Source: an uncultured Alphaproteobacteria bacterium (GTDB lineage Bacteria > Pseudomonadota > Alphaproteobacteria > Rhizobiales > Xanthobacteraceae). Taken from it: a stretch of DNA of 64,000 bases. The DNA lies in NCBI GenBank assembly GCA_963738105.1, contig CAVTWC010000028.1:971-64970 (forward strand), read 5' to 3'. The notes beneath the pieces were generated by a model that had not been told where the DNA came from, ran no database searches, and saw only the letters and a list, made by a program, of their open reading frames with translations. Positions within the stretch are counted from its first letter, which is position 1, and the number at the start of each line of letters is the position of its first letter. The translations under genes were made by a program, and so were the position numbers. Shown here in pieces: positions 35,960 to 45,138 of the stretch.

Positions 35960-37126
35960 TTACGACGCCAAGGCCTTCATTTCCTTGTAGAGATCGGATT
36001 TTCCCTCAAAGCCGATGCCCGGCAGATCCGGCATGGTGATGTGACCGTTCTCGACGCGAACGCCGTCCGGGAAACCGCCATAGGGCTGGAACAGATCGGG
36101 ATAGCTCTCATTGCCGCCGAGCCCGAGGCCGGCCGCGATGTTGAGCGACATCTGATGGCCGCCATGCGGGATGCAACGGCTCGGCGACCAGCCGAGTGTT
36201 TGCAACACACCCAGCGTGCGCTGATATTCGCACAGCCCGTAGGACAGCGCGCAATCGAATTGCAGCCAGTCGCGGTCGGGCCGCATCCCGCCGTAGCGAA
36301 TAAGGTTGCGCGCATCCTGGTGGCTGAACAGGTTTTCGCCGGTTGCCATCGGGCCCGGATAGAATTCCGCCAGTGCCGCCTGAAGCTGGAAGTCGAGGGG
36401 ATCGCCGGCTTCCTCGTACCAGAACAACGGATAATCGCGCAGCATCTTGGCGTAAGCCACCGCTGTCTCCAGGTCGAAGCGGCCATTGGCATCGACCGCG
36501 AGCTGCGCGGTACTGCCGATCTCCTTCAGTACCGCTTCGATGCGCTCGCGATCCTCCGCGATCGGCGCGCCGCCGATCTTCATCTTCACGACGCTGTAGC
36601 CGCGATCGAGATAGCCGCGCATCTCGCCACGCAGCGCCGACAAATCCTTGCCGGGATAATAATAGCCGCCGGCGGCATAGACGAACACGCGCGGATCGGC
36701 GGTGCGGCCGTGGCGTTCGGCCAGCAGGCGGAACAGCGGCTTGCCGGCGATCTTGGCCACCGCGTCCCACACCGCCATATCGATGGTGCCGACCGCGACC
36801 GAGCGCTCGCCATGGCCGCCCGGCTTTTCATTCGACATCATCGCCGCCCAAACCTTGTCCGGATCGAGATTATCGCCTGATGTGTCGAGCAGCGTCTTCG
36901 GATCGGCTTCCGTGATCCGCGACGCAAAGCGCTCGCGGATCAGTCCGCCCTGCCCGTAACGGCCATTCGAATTGAAGCCGTAACCAACCACCGTCTTGCC
37001 GTCACGCACGACATCGGTGACGACGGCGACGAGGCTCGTCGTCATCTTGGTGAAGTCGATATAGGCGTTGCGGATCGGCGAGGAGATCGGTTTGGTGATT
37101 TCGCGGACGTCGACGATACGGACCAT
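35960..37126 (-). CDS. Enolase-superfamily dehydratase, copy A (resembles the D-tartrate dehydratase TarD subgroup, from memory)
   Basis: 388 aa, intact. The sequence is MVRIVDVREITKPISSPIRNAYIDFTKMTTSLVAVVTD...KMKIGGAPI...AVDANGRF...YEEAGDPLD...GENLFS. It differs from copy B at 4 of 388 residues. Confidence 0.8.
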   Translation of the reverse strand: MVRIVDVREITKPISSPIRNAYIDFTKMTTSLVAVVTDVVRDGKTVVGYGFNSNGRYGQGGLIRERFASRITEADPKTLLDTSGDNLDPDKVWAAMMSNEKPGGHGERSVAVGTIDMAVWDAVAKIAGKPLFRLLAERHGRTADPRVFVYAAGGYYYPGKDLSALRGEMRGYLDRGYSVVKMKIGGAPIAEDRERIEAVLKEIGSTAQLAVDANGRFDLETAVAYAKMLRDYPLFWYEEAGDPLDFQLQAALAEFYPGPMATGENLFSHQDARNLIRYGGMRPDRDWLQFDCALSYGLCEYQRTLGVLQTLGWSPSRCIPHGGHQMSLNIAAGLGLGGNESYPDLFQPYGGFPDGVRVENGHITMPDLPGIGFEGKSDLYKEMKALAS

Positions 37127-37163
37127 GGGGTTTGGCTTTCTGTATTAAACGGGCCTCTTAACC

Positions 37164-37247
37164 GTCATTGCGAGCGCTAGCGAAGCAATCCAGGGGCAAC
37201 AGCCGCAGCACTGGATTGCTTCGTCGCTAACGCTCCTCGCAATGACG
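37164..37247. repeat. Palindromic REP-like element (GTCATTGCGAG family), copy in duplication unit A
   Basis: GTCATTGCGAGCGCTAGCGAAGCAATCCAGGGG...CTGGATTGCTTCGTCGCTAACGCTCCTCGCAATGAC. Confidence 0.75.
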
Positions 37248-37259
37248 AACTCTTTTTTT

Positions 37260-37508
37260 CTACGACGCCGGCTTGTCCCGGAAATACGGCTCGACCGGAC
37301 CATGGACCTTCAGCGTCAACGGATTGCCGTAGCGATCCTTGGCGTTGCCGGCGGTGACGCGCACCCAGCCCTCGCTGACGCAATATTCCTCGACATTGGT
37401 TTTCTCGACGCCCTTGAACCGGATGCCGACGTCGCGCGCTAGCACGTCGGCGTCGTAATACGGACTCTTCGGATCAGTCGACAGACGGTCGGGGAGTTGT
37501 TCGCTCAT
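37260..37508 (-). CDS. DUF3297-family protein, copy A (82 aa)
   Basis: MSEQLPDRLSTDPKSPYYDADVLARDVGIRFKGVEKTNVEEYCVSEGWVRVTAGNAKDRYGNPLTLKVHGPVEPYFRDKPAS, identical to copy B at the protein level. The track fuses it into 37260..38003 because of the broken neighbouring gene. Confidence 0.75.
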   Translation of the reverse strand: MSEQLPDRLSTDPKSPYYDADVLARDVGIRFKGVEKTNVEEYCVSEGWVRVTAGNAKDRYGNPLTLKVHGPVEPYFRDKPAS

Positions 37509-37525
37509 CGCTTCGCTTTTCTCGT

Positions 37526-38003
37526 TCATAGTAACGCCTCGATTTCTTTCGCGAGCCCTTCGGGCTTGGTCGTCGGTGCATGCCGCGCCACCACCTGGCC
37601 GGTGCGATCGACCAGGAATTTGGTGAAATTCCATTTGATCGACGATCCGAGCAGTCCGGACTTCGCGTTCTTCAGATATTGATACAGCGGATGGGCGTCG
37701 TTGCCGTTGACATCGATCTTGGCAAACATCGGAAAGGTGATGGCGTAGTTGCTGGTGCAGAATTGCTCGATCTGCCTGGCATCGCCGGGCTCCTGGCCGC
37801 CGAACTGATTGCACGGAAATCCCAGCACCGAGAAGCCGCGCGGGGCCAGCGTTTCGATGCAGCGCCTCAAGGCCCTTGTATTGCGGGGTGAAGCCGCAGG
37901 CGCTGGCGGTGTTGACGATCAGCAGCACCTTCCCCTCGAACCGCTTCAAGGGAATCTCGTCGCCGGCGAGCGACGTCGCCGTGAAATCGTAAACGCCAGC
38001 CAT
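37526..38003 (-). pseudogene. Glutathione peroxidase, copy A, one frameshift
   Basis: The N-terminal part (MAGVYDFTATSLAGDEIPLKRFEGKVLLIVNTASACGFTPQYKGLEALH) and the C-terminal part (track 37526..37870, ...ETLAPRGFSVLGFPCNQFGGQEP...WNFTKFLV) are in different frames. The switch is at about 37851-37858 (GTTTCGATGCAG versus GTCTCATGCAG in copy B). Length 478 nt = 3n+1. Confidence 0.8.
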
Positions 38004-38033
38004 CTCGTTCTTTCAGTCCGAGCCGGAGCTCGC

Positions 38034-39433
38034 TCAGTGCACGGGATCGATCGGCGCCGACGGCGTCCCACCGGCCTCGATCGCCTCGCCCGCCAGCAGG
38101 CACAAATCCTCGCGGAACCGGCCGGAAACCAGCTGGACGCCGACGGGGACGCGCCCCACCAATCCCGTGGTGACGGTTAGCGCAGGGAGCTGCATGAAGG
38201 GAATAGCAATCTGCGGCAATTGCGCCTGCCAGACCCGGGCAAAAGAGGCGTCGTCCTTGCGGTCGAGCTGGTCGGGGAACGGCAATTCGGCGCAAACCGG
38301 CATCAGCACGACCGGATATTTCTCCAGGAACTGCAGCCATTCGCGCGTGATCGTGGCCCGCCGCACCAGCGCCTTGGAGAAGGCCGCGGCATCGAACGGG
38401 AACACTTTTGAGCGGTTGCCGCGCAGGCAGGCCAGCGCGCCGGGGTCGCCTTCGCGCTCGGCCATTTCGAGCTGGGTTTCATAGCTATCGCCGAGCCACA
38501 GCTTGGTCTGCAAGTCCGCGGCCTCGCGCAAGCCCGGCACCTCGACCTCGTCCACAATCCATCCGGCGCGTTCCAGACGCTTGGCCGCATCCCGGACCGC
38601 GGCTTTCACCTCCGGGACGGTCTCAAGACCATCGGGCTGCAGGCACATCGCCACCCGCTTCGGCATCGGCGGCCCTTCGAGCGGCGCCGGCACCCACCAG
38701 GTGTCGCGCACATCGGGACCGGACATCGCCGCCAGCGCAATCCTGAGATCGCCGATAGTACGCGCCAGCGGACCCGATACCGCACTGCTTTGCGGCGCAA
38801 AGCGCCATTCAGCCACCGAAGCGTTACGAGCCGGGACCCGGCCCGCCGTCGGCCGCAGGCCGTGGACGCCGCAGGCATAGGCCGGAAAGCGGATCGAGCC
38901 CGCGATATCGGTGCCATGCGCGATATGCCCGATGCCGGCCGCAACCGCAGCGCCCGCGCCGCCGGACGAGCCGCCCGGCGTAATGCGAGGGATCGCGCGG
39001 ATTTTTGGTATCGCCGTGAATGAGGTTGGTGGTGAACCAGCGATAGGAAAACGCCGGGCAATTGGTGCGCCCGAGAATCACGGCGCCGGATTTTCGCAAA
39101 TTGTCGATCACCGGACTGTTGTCGCGCGCGATGTTGTCGCGCTGCAGCTTCAGCCCGTTGGTGTTGGCGTAACCTGCCTGATCGATATTGACCTTGACGG
39201 TCACCGTCACGCCGGCCAGCGGCCCCACCGGCTTCGCTTCGCGCGATCGCGGCGTCAATAGCGGCGGCCTGCGCCAGCACGTCTTCCGGACGATGGTCGA
39301 CCACCGCATTGATGGCTGGGTTGACCGCGTCGAGCCGCGCCAGCGCCGCCGTCGCGACTTCTTTGGCCGAGACTTTTTTCGACTTTACCGCGGCGGCGAC
39401 ATCCGTAGCCGACAGACGCCAGAGATCTTCCAT
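38034..39433 (-). pseudogene. Amidase (amidase-signature family), copy A, two frameshifts
   Basis: The gene is split into three frame segments (track 38606..39433 start, 38824..39309 middle, 38034..38816 end). Compared with copy B there are extra bases at about 39230 (GAAGCCGGTGGGG versus GAAGCGGTGGGG) and about 38985 (AATGCGAGG versus AATCGAGG). The GGSSGG signature is present. Length 1400 nt = 3n+2. Confidence 0.85.
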
Positions 39434-39470
39434 GAACTACTCCGTTTGATCGCTCGTCTTTTATAGCTTT

Positions 39471-39530
39471 TTCAATCGAAGTGGACACCGGTTCGCGTAA
39501 AGAAAACGCGTCAAAACGAGAGCTTAGCGC
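39471..39530. repeat. Intergenic repeat family 2, copy in unit A
   Basis: TTCAATCGAAGTGGACACCGGTTCGCGTAAAGAAAACGCGTCAAAACGAGAGCTTAGCGC, which contains the hairpin CGCGT-AAAGAAA-ACGCG. Confidence 0.65.
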
Positions 39531-39599
39531 CGCTGCAGCCACCGCGCTATCGCGATACCAGATTAGACAGGCCCCGGAAGGCGGGCGCCAGTCCGAAGA

Positions 39600-40169
39600 T
39601 CAGCGCACCCTGGCGATATAATAAGCGAGGTCGGCGATCTGGTCCGCCGTGACCGGGTGCAGCACCTCGGCCATGGTGCCGTCATAGCCGTGGCGGCTGT
39701 TGTCCTTGTATTCCCGCATGGTCTTGGCGAGATAATCCTCGCGCTGATTGGCGATGCGCGGAACGTTATCCCCGCCCGAGAAATCCGGTTTGTGGCAGGA
39801 ATTGCAGTGGTTCTGCGTCACCAGCGCCTGCGCCCGCGCTATCCGCGCCGGATCGCCGGCATCGGCCGGCGGCGCAGGCTTCGGCAGGGTCGCGATGAAA
39901 TCGGAAAAGCCGCGAAGGTCGTCATCGGTGAACGCCTTCGCCATCTCGTTCATCGGCTCGAAGATACGCAGCTTTTCGCGAAACATGAACAGCTGGATCA
40001 GCGCGTAAGGCGCCTGCTGCCCGCCGAGCGACGGCGTGTTTTCGGTTTCGGACTGACCGTGCTCGCCATGGCAGGCAAAGCAGGTCGCGGCGCGCTCCTG
40101 GATGGTTTCGGCACTAAGCGGCGAGGACGCAAGAAGCGCGAACGCCAGGAAGCCAAACATTTTACGCAT
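39600..40169 (-). CDS. Dihaem c-type cytochrome (c4/class I-like), copy A
   Basis: Track ORF 39600..40250. Starts at ATG 40169 ([20 protein letters not shown] signal). Two CxxCH motifs are present (CFACH, CNSCH). Confidence 0.85.
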   Translation of the reverse strand: MRKMFGFLAFALLASSPLSAETIQERAATCFACHGEHGQSETENTPSLGGQQAPYALIQLFMFREKLRIFEPMNEMAKAFTDDDLRGFSDFIATLPKPAPPADAGDPARIARAQALVTQNHCNSCHKPDFSGGDNVPRIANQREDYLAKTMREYKDNSRHGYDGTMAEVLHPVTADQIADLAYYIARVR

Positions 40170-40201
40170 CGGAGATCGTCCTGACAAATCATCGAAGGAA
40201 A

Positions 40202-40240
40202 ATAAAAACGAAAAAGCCGGGGGCAGCGTGCCGCCCCCGA
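40202..40240 (-). terminator. Rho-independent terminator after the (truncated) dehydrogenase fragment
   Basis: The minus strand reads GTCGGGGGCGGCACGCTGCCCCCGGCTTTTTCGTTTTTAT: a 7-bp GC stem followed by a T-rich run. Confidence 0.65.
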
Positions 40241-40253
40241 CTTGACGCAAATG

Positions 40254-40448
40254 TTATTGCGCAGCCACCTTGTTCGGCTTGCCGTAGGTGACGCGATAGA
40301 CGGCGCCGTTCCAGTCGTCGGAAACCAGGAGCGAGCCGTCCTTCATCTGCATCACGTCGACCGGCCGGCCGTTGTATTTGTTGTCTTCGAGAAAGCCGGT
40401 GATGAAGGGCTCCACGGACTTGACCGTGCCGTCCTTGTTCAACTTGAC
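40254..40448 (-). pseudogene. 3'-terminal fragment (about 64 codons) of the PQQ-dependent sugar dehydrogenase, created by the tandem duplication
   Basis: ...KLNKDGTVKSVEPFITGFLEDNKYNGRPVDVMQMKDGSLLVSDDWNGAVYRVTYGKPNKVAAQ* aligns with the C-terminus of the full gene 45139..46418. Homology ends at the duplication junction. Confidence 0.85.
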
Positions 40449-40486
40449 ACAGTTCGTTCTCGAACGCGACCGGGGCAGATCGTTTG

Positions 40487-40801
40487 ATGAGCAGGCGGCA
40501 GAACATCAAGGAAAAAGGCTTTGTCCTGGAGACAGGCGGGCGCGCCGTGCTGGCTTTCATGGCCGGTGGCATCGAGCAAGCGAGACACCTGTGCGCCGAG
40601 GAATGGTTCGCCGAGGAACTCGCTTCCTATCGGTCGGGCGGCCAACCCGTTTGGGATGGCTCGACCGAACTCAAGATTCGGCGCGCGAGCCCATCTGAAG
40701 CTGCCGAAATTCAAATCGCGCTGACGGGCGAATTGGCCCGCAAGGAATACGAGGGCTATTTGTTCGTGTTCTTCGTACCGGTCGATCCCGCACTTCACTG
40801 A
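40487..40801 (+). CDS. Small conserved hypothetical protein, copy B (104 aa, intact)
   Basis: MSRRQNIKEKGFVLETGGRAVLAFMAGGIEQARHLCAEEWFAEELASYRSGGQPVWDGSTELKIRRASPSEAAEIQ...YLFVFFVPVD. The pattern F-x-x-E-x-x-G, EA/QA-x-x-L-x-x-E-x-W, G-x-P-x-W-D-G recalls a small-protein family recurrent in rhizobia (from memory). Confidence 0.5.
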   Translation: MSRRQNIKEKGFVLETGGRAVLAFMAGGIEQARHLCAEEWFAEELASYRSGGQPVWDGSTELKIRRASPSEAAEIQIALTGELARKEYEGYLFVFFVPVDPALH

Positions 40802-40837
40802 CCGGTTACGGCGCCAAGGCCTTACGACGCCAAGCGC

Positions 40838-42004
40838 TTACGACGCCAAGGCCTTCATCTCCTTGTAGAGATCGGATTTTCCCTCAAAGCCGATGCCCGG
40901 CAGGTCCGGCATGGTGATGTGTCCGTTCTCGACGCGAACGCCATCCGGGAAACCGCCATAGGGCTGGAACAGATCGGGATAGCTCTCATTGCCGCCGAGC
41001 CCGAGGCCGGCCGCGATGTTGAGCGACATCTGATGCCCGCCATGCGGGATGCAGCGGCTCGGCGACCAGCCGAGCGTCTGCAGCACACCCAGCGTGCGCT
41101 GGTATTCGCAAAGGCCGTAGGACAGCGCGCAATCGAATTGCAGCCAGTCGCGGTCGGGCCGCATCCCGCCGTAACGAAGCAGGTTGCGCGCATCCTGGTG
41201 GCTGAACAGGTTTTCGCCGGTTGCCATCGGCCCCGGATAGAATTCCGCCAGTGCGGCCTGAAGCTGGAAGTCGAGCGGATCGCCGGCTTCCTCGTACCAG
41301 AACAACGGATAATCGCGCAGCATCTTGGCGTAGGCCACCGCGGTCTCCAGGTCGAAACGGCCGTTGGCATCGACCGCGAGTTGCGCGGTGCTGCCGATCT
41401 CCTTCAGCACGGCTTCGATGCGCTCGCGGTCCTCCGCGATCGGCGCGCCGCCGATCTTCATCTTCACGACGTTGTAGCCGCGGTCGAGATAGCCGCGCAT
41501 TTCGCCGCGCAGCGCCGACAGATCCTTGCCGGGATAATAATAGCCGCCGGCGGCATAGACGAACACGCGCGGATCGGCGGTGCGGCCGTGACGTTCAGCC
41601 AGCAAGCGGAACAGCGGCTTGCCGGCGATCTTGGCCACCGCGTCCCACACCGCCATGTCGATGGTGCCGACCGCGACCGAGCGCTCGCCATGGCCGCCCG
41701 GCTTCTCGTTCGACATCATCGCCGCCCAGACCTTGTCCGGATCGAGATTATCGCCTGATTTGTCGAGCAACGTGTTCGGATCGGCTTCCGTGATCCGCGA
41801 CGCAAAGCGCTCGCGGATCAAGCCGCCCTGCCCGTAACGGCCATTCGAATTGAAGCCGTAACCAACCACCGTCTTGCCGTCGCGCACGACATCGGTGACG
41901 ACGGCGACAAGGCTCGTCGTCATCTTGGTGAAATCGATATAGGCGTTGCGGATGGGCGACGAGATCGGTTTGGTGATTTCGCGGACGTCGACGATACGGA
42001 CCAT
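40838..42004 (-). CDS. Enolase-superfamily dehydratase, copy B (TarD-like subgroup, from memory)
   Basis: 388 aa, intact. It is 4 substitutions from copy A (e.g. ADPNTLLDKS versus ADPKTLLDTS; GYNVVKM versus GYSVVKM). Confidence 0.8.
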   Translation of the reverse strand: MVRIVDVREITKPISSPIRNAYIDFTKMTTSLVAVVTDVVRDGKTVVGYGFNSNGRYGQGGLIRERFASRITEADPNTLLDKSGDNLDPDKVWAAMMSNEKPGGHGERSVAVGTIDMAVWDAVAKIAGKPLFRLLAERHGRTADPRVFVYAAGGYYYPGKDLSALRGEMRGYLDRGYNVVKMKIGGAPIAEDRERIEAVLKEIGSTAQLAVDANGRFDLETAVAYAKMLRDYPLFWYEEAGDPLDFQLQAALAEFYPGPMATGENLFSHQDARNLLRYGGMRPDRDWLQFDCALSYGLCEYQRTLGVLQTLGWSPSRCIPHGGHQMSLNIAAGLGLGGNESYPDLFQPYGGFPDGVRVENGHITMPDLPGIGFEGKSDLYKEMKALAS

Positions 42005-42047
42005 GGTGTTTGGCTTTCTGTTATTACGTCGTGGCCTGGCTTAACCC

Positions 42048-42130
42048 GTCATTGCGAGCGCTTGCGAAGCAATCCAGGGGCAACAGCCGCAGCACTGGAT
42101 TGCTTCGTCGCTAACGCTCCTCGCAATGAC
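42048..42130. repeat. Palindromic REP-like element (GTCATTGCGAG family), copy in unit B
   Basis: GTCATTGCGAGCGCTTGCGAAGCAATCCAGGGG...CTGGATTGCTTCGTCGCTAACGCTCCTCGCAATGAC. Confidence 0.75.
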
Positions 42131-42146
42131 GAACTCTGTTTTGGCT

Positions 42147-42395
42147 CTACGACGCCGGCTTATCCCGGAAATACGGCTCGACCGGACCATGGACTTTCAG
42201 CGTCAACGGATTGCCGTAGCGATCCTTGGCGTTGCCGGCGGTGACGCGCACCCAGCCCTCGCTGACGCAATATTCCTCGACATTGGTTTTCTCGACGCCC
42301 TTGAAACGGATACCGACGTCGCGCGCGAGCACGTCGGCGTCGTAATACGGGCTCTTCGGATCGGTCGACAGACGGTCGGGGAGTTGTTCGCTCAT
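42147..42395 (-). CDS. DUF3297-family protein, copy B
   Basis: 82 aa, identical in protein sequence to copy A. Confidence 0.75.
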   Translation of the reverse strand: MSEQLPDRLSTDPKSPYYDADVLARDVGIRFKGVEKTNVEEYCVSEGWVRVTAGNAKDRYGNPLTLKVHGPVEPYFRDKPAS

Positions 42396-42889
42396 CGACT
42401 TCGCTCTTCTCGTTCACAGTACGCCTCGATTTCTTTCGTAAGCCCTTCGGGCTTGGTCGTCGGTGCATGCCGCGCCACCACCTGGCCGGCACGATCGACC
42501 AGGAATTTGGTGAAATTCCATTTGATCGACGATCCGAGCAGTCCGGACTTCGCGTTCTTCAGATATTGATACAGCGGATGGGCGTCGTTGCCGTTGACAT
42601 CGATCTTGGCAAACATCGGAAAGGTGATGGCATAGTTGCTGGTGCAGAATTGCTCGATCTGCCTGGCGTCGCCGGGCTCCTGGCTGCCGAACTGATTGCA
42701 CGGAAATCCCAGCACCGAAAAGCCGCGCGGGGCCAGCGTCTCATGCAGCGCCTCGAGGCCCTTGTATTGCGGGGTGAAGCCGCAGGCGCTCGCGGTGTTG
42801 ACGATCAGCAGCACCTGGCCCTCGAACCGCTTCAAGGGAATCTCATCGCCGGCGAGCGACGTCGCCGTGAAATCGTAAACGCCAGCCAT
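42392..42889 (-). CDS. Glutathione peroxidase, copy B (intact, Cys-type)
   Basis: 165 aa. The active-site NTASACGFTPQY has a TGC Cys codon, and WNFTKFLV is present. The C-terminus is 8 aa longer than expected (EIEAYCEREERSR versus EIEALL in copy A) because of a 1-nt difference, so the stop overlaps the DUF3297 start. Confidence 0.8.
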   Translation of the reverse strand: MAGVYDFTATSLAGDEIPLKRFEGQVLLIVNTASACGFTPQYKGLEALHETLAPRGFSVLGFPCNQFGSQEPGDARQIEQFCTSNYAITFPMFAKIDVNGNDAHPLYQYLKNAKSGLLGSSIKWNFTKFLVDRAGQVVARHAPTTKPEGLTKEIEAYCEREERSR

Positions 42890-42919
42890 CTCGTTCTTTC
42901 AGTCCGAGCCGGAGCTCAC

Positions 42920-44318
42920 TCAGTGCACGGGATCGACCGGCGCCGACGGCGTCCCACCGGCTTCGATCGCCTCGCCCGCCAGCAGGCACAAATCCTCGCG
43001 GAACCGGCCGGAAACCAGCTGGACGCCGACGGGGACGCGCCCCACCAATCCCGTGGTGACGGTTAGCGCAGGGAGCTGCATGAAGGGAATAGCAATCTGC
43101 GGCAATTGCGCCTGCCATACCCGGGCAAAGGAGGCGTCGTCCTTGCGGTCGAGCTGGTCGGGGAACGGCAATTCGGCGCAAACCGGCATCAGCACGACCG
43201 GATATTTCTCCAGGAATTGCAGCCATTCGCGCGTGATCGTGGCCCGCCGCACCAGCGCCCTGGAGAAGGCCGCGGCATCGAACGGGAACACTTTTGAGCG
43301 GTTGCCGCGCAGGCAGGCCAGCGCGCCGGGGTCGCCTTCGCGCTCGGCCATTTCGAGCTGGGTTTCATAGCTATCGCCGAGCCATAGCTTGGTCTGCAGG
43401 TCCGCGGCCTCGCGCAAGCCGCGGCACCTCGACTTCGTCCACCGTCCATCCGGCGCGTTCCAGACGCTTGGCCGCATCCCTGACCGCGGCTTTCACCTCC
43501 GGGACGGTCTCAAGACCATCGGGCTGCAGGCACATCGCCACCCGCTTCGGCATCGGCGGCCCTTCGAGCGGCGCCGGCACCCACCAGGTGTCGCGCACAT
43601 CGGGACCGGACATCGCCGCCAGCGCAATCCGGAGATCGCCGATGGTGCGCGCCAGCGGACCCGATACCGCGCTGCTTTGCGGCGCAAAGCGCCATTCCGC
43701 CACCGAAGCGTTACGGGCCGGGACCCGGCCCGCCGTCGGCCGCAGGCCGTGGACGCCGCAGGCATAGGCCGGATAGCGGATCGAGCCCGCGATATCGGTG
43801 CCATGCGCGATATGCCCGATGCCGGCCGCAACCGCAGCGCCCGCGCCGCCGGACGAGCCACCCGGCGTAATCGAGGGATCGCGCGGATTTTTGGTATCGC
43901 CGTGAATGAGGTTGGTGGTGAACCAGCGATAGGAAAACGCCGGGCAATTGGTGCGTCCGAGAATCACGGCGCCGGATTTTCGCAAATTGTCGATCACCGG
44001 GCTGTTGTCGCGCGCGATGTTGTCGCGCTGCAGCTTGAGTCCGTTGGTGTTGGCGTAGCCTTCCTGATCGATATTGACCTTGACGGTCACCGTCACGCCG
44101 GCCATCGGCCCCACCGCTTCGCTTCGCGCGATCGCAGCGTCAATGGCGGCGGCCTGTGCCAGCACATCTTCCGGACGATGGTCGACCACCGCATTGATGG
44201 CTGGGTTGACCGCGTCGAGCCTCGCCAGCGCTGCCGTCGCGACTTCTTTGGCCGAGACTTTTTTCGACTTTACCGCGGCGGCGACATCCGTAGCCGACAG
44301 ACGCCAGAGATCTTCCAT
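42920..44318 (-). pseudogene. Amidase (amidase-signature family), copy B, one frameshift
   Basis: The N-terminal 300 codons are track ORF 43371..44318 (GGSSGGAGAAVAAG, GTDIAGSIR) and the C-terminal part is track ORF 42920..43477. The switch is at about 43420-43423 (AAGCCGCGGCACC versus AAGCCCGGCACC in copy A). Length 1399 nt = 3n+1. Confidence 0.85.
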
Positions 44319-44355
44319 GAACTGCTCCGTTTGATCGCTCGTCTTCTATAGCGTT

Positions 44356-44415
44356 TTCAATCGAAGTGGACACCGGTTCGCGTAAAGAAAACGCGTCAAA
44401 ACGAGAGCTTAGCGC
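44356..44415. repeat. Intergenic repeat family 2, copy in unit B
   Basis: Nearly identical to 39471..39530. Confidence 0.65.
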
Positions 44416-44484
44416 CGCTGCAGCCACCGCGCTATCGCGATACCAGATTAGACAGGCCCCGGAAGGCGGGCTCCAGTCCGAAGA

Positions 44485-45054
44485 TCAGCGCACCCTGGCG
44501 ATATAGTAAGCGAGGTCGGCGATCTGGTCTGATGTGACCGAGTTCAGCACCTCGGCCATGGTGCCGTCATAGCCATGGCGGGAGTTGTCCTTGTATTCCC
44601 GCATGGTCTTGGCGAGGTAATCCTCGCGCTGATTGGCGATGCGCGGAACGTTGTCGCCGCCCGAGAAATCCGGTTTGTGGCATGAATTGCAGTGGTTCTG
44701 CGTCACCAGCGCCTGGGCCCGCGCTATCCGCGCCGGATCGCCGGCATCGGCCGGCGGCGCAGGCTTCGGCAGGGTCGCGATGAAATCGGAAAACCCGCGA
44801 AGGTCGTCATCGGTGAACGCTTTCGTCATGTCGTTCATCGGCTCGAAGGTACGCAGCTTTTCGCGAAACATGAACAGCTGGATCAGCGCATAAGGCGCCT
44901 GCTGCCCGCCGAGCGACGGCGTGTTCTCCGTTTCGGACTGACCGTGTTCGCCGTGGCAGGCAAAGCAGGTCACGGCGCGTTCCTGGACAGTCTCGGCACG
45001 AAGCGGCGAGGACGCCAGAAGCGCGAACGCCAGGAAGCCAAACATTTTACGCAT
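44485..45054 (-). CDS. Dihaem c-type cytochrome, copy B
   Basis: Track ORF 44485..45093. Starts at ATG 45054 ([10 protein letters not shown]...). Two CxxCH motifs are present. It has about 9 substitutions relative to copy A. Confidence 0.85.
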   Translation of the reverse strand: MRKMFGFLAFALLASSPLRAETVQERAVTCFACHGEHGQSETENTPSLGGQQAPYALIQLFMFREKLRTFEPMNDMTKAFTDDDLRGFSDFIATLPKPAPPADAGDPARIARAQALVTQNHCNSCHKPDFSGGDNVPRIANQREDYLAKTMREYKDNSRHGYDGTMAEVLNSVTSDQIADLAYYIARVR

Positions 45055-45089
45055 CGGGAGATAGTCCTGGCGGGTCATCGTGGAAAACA

Positions 45090-45127
45090 GCAACGAAAAA
45101 GCCGGGGGCAGCGCGCCGCCCCCGGCT
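45090..45127 (-). terminator. Stem-loop after the sugar dehydrogenase gene
   Basis: The minus strand reads GCCGGGGGCGGCGCGCTGCCCCCGGCTTTTTCG: a GC stem plus a short T-run. Confidence 0.55.
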
Positions 45128-45138
45128 TGGCTCAGATA

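Noticed and set aside
37526-42889. Selenocysteine-type glutathione peroxidases (in-frame TGA) as an explanation for the broken copy A.
   Set aside because: The active-site residue in NTASACGFTPQY is encoded by TGC (Cys) in both copies. The disruption in copy A is a 1-nt length difference at about 37855, not a TGA codon, and no SECIS-like hairpin is evident.
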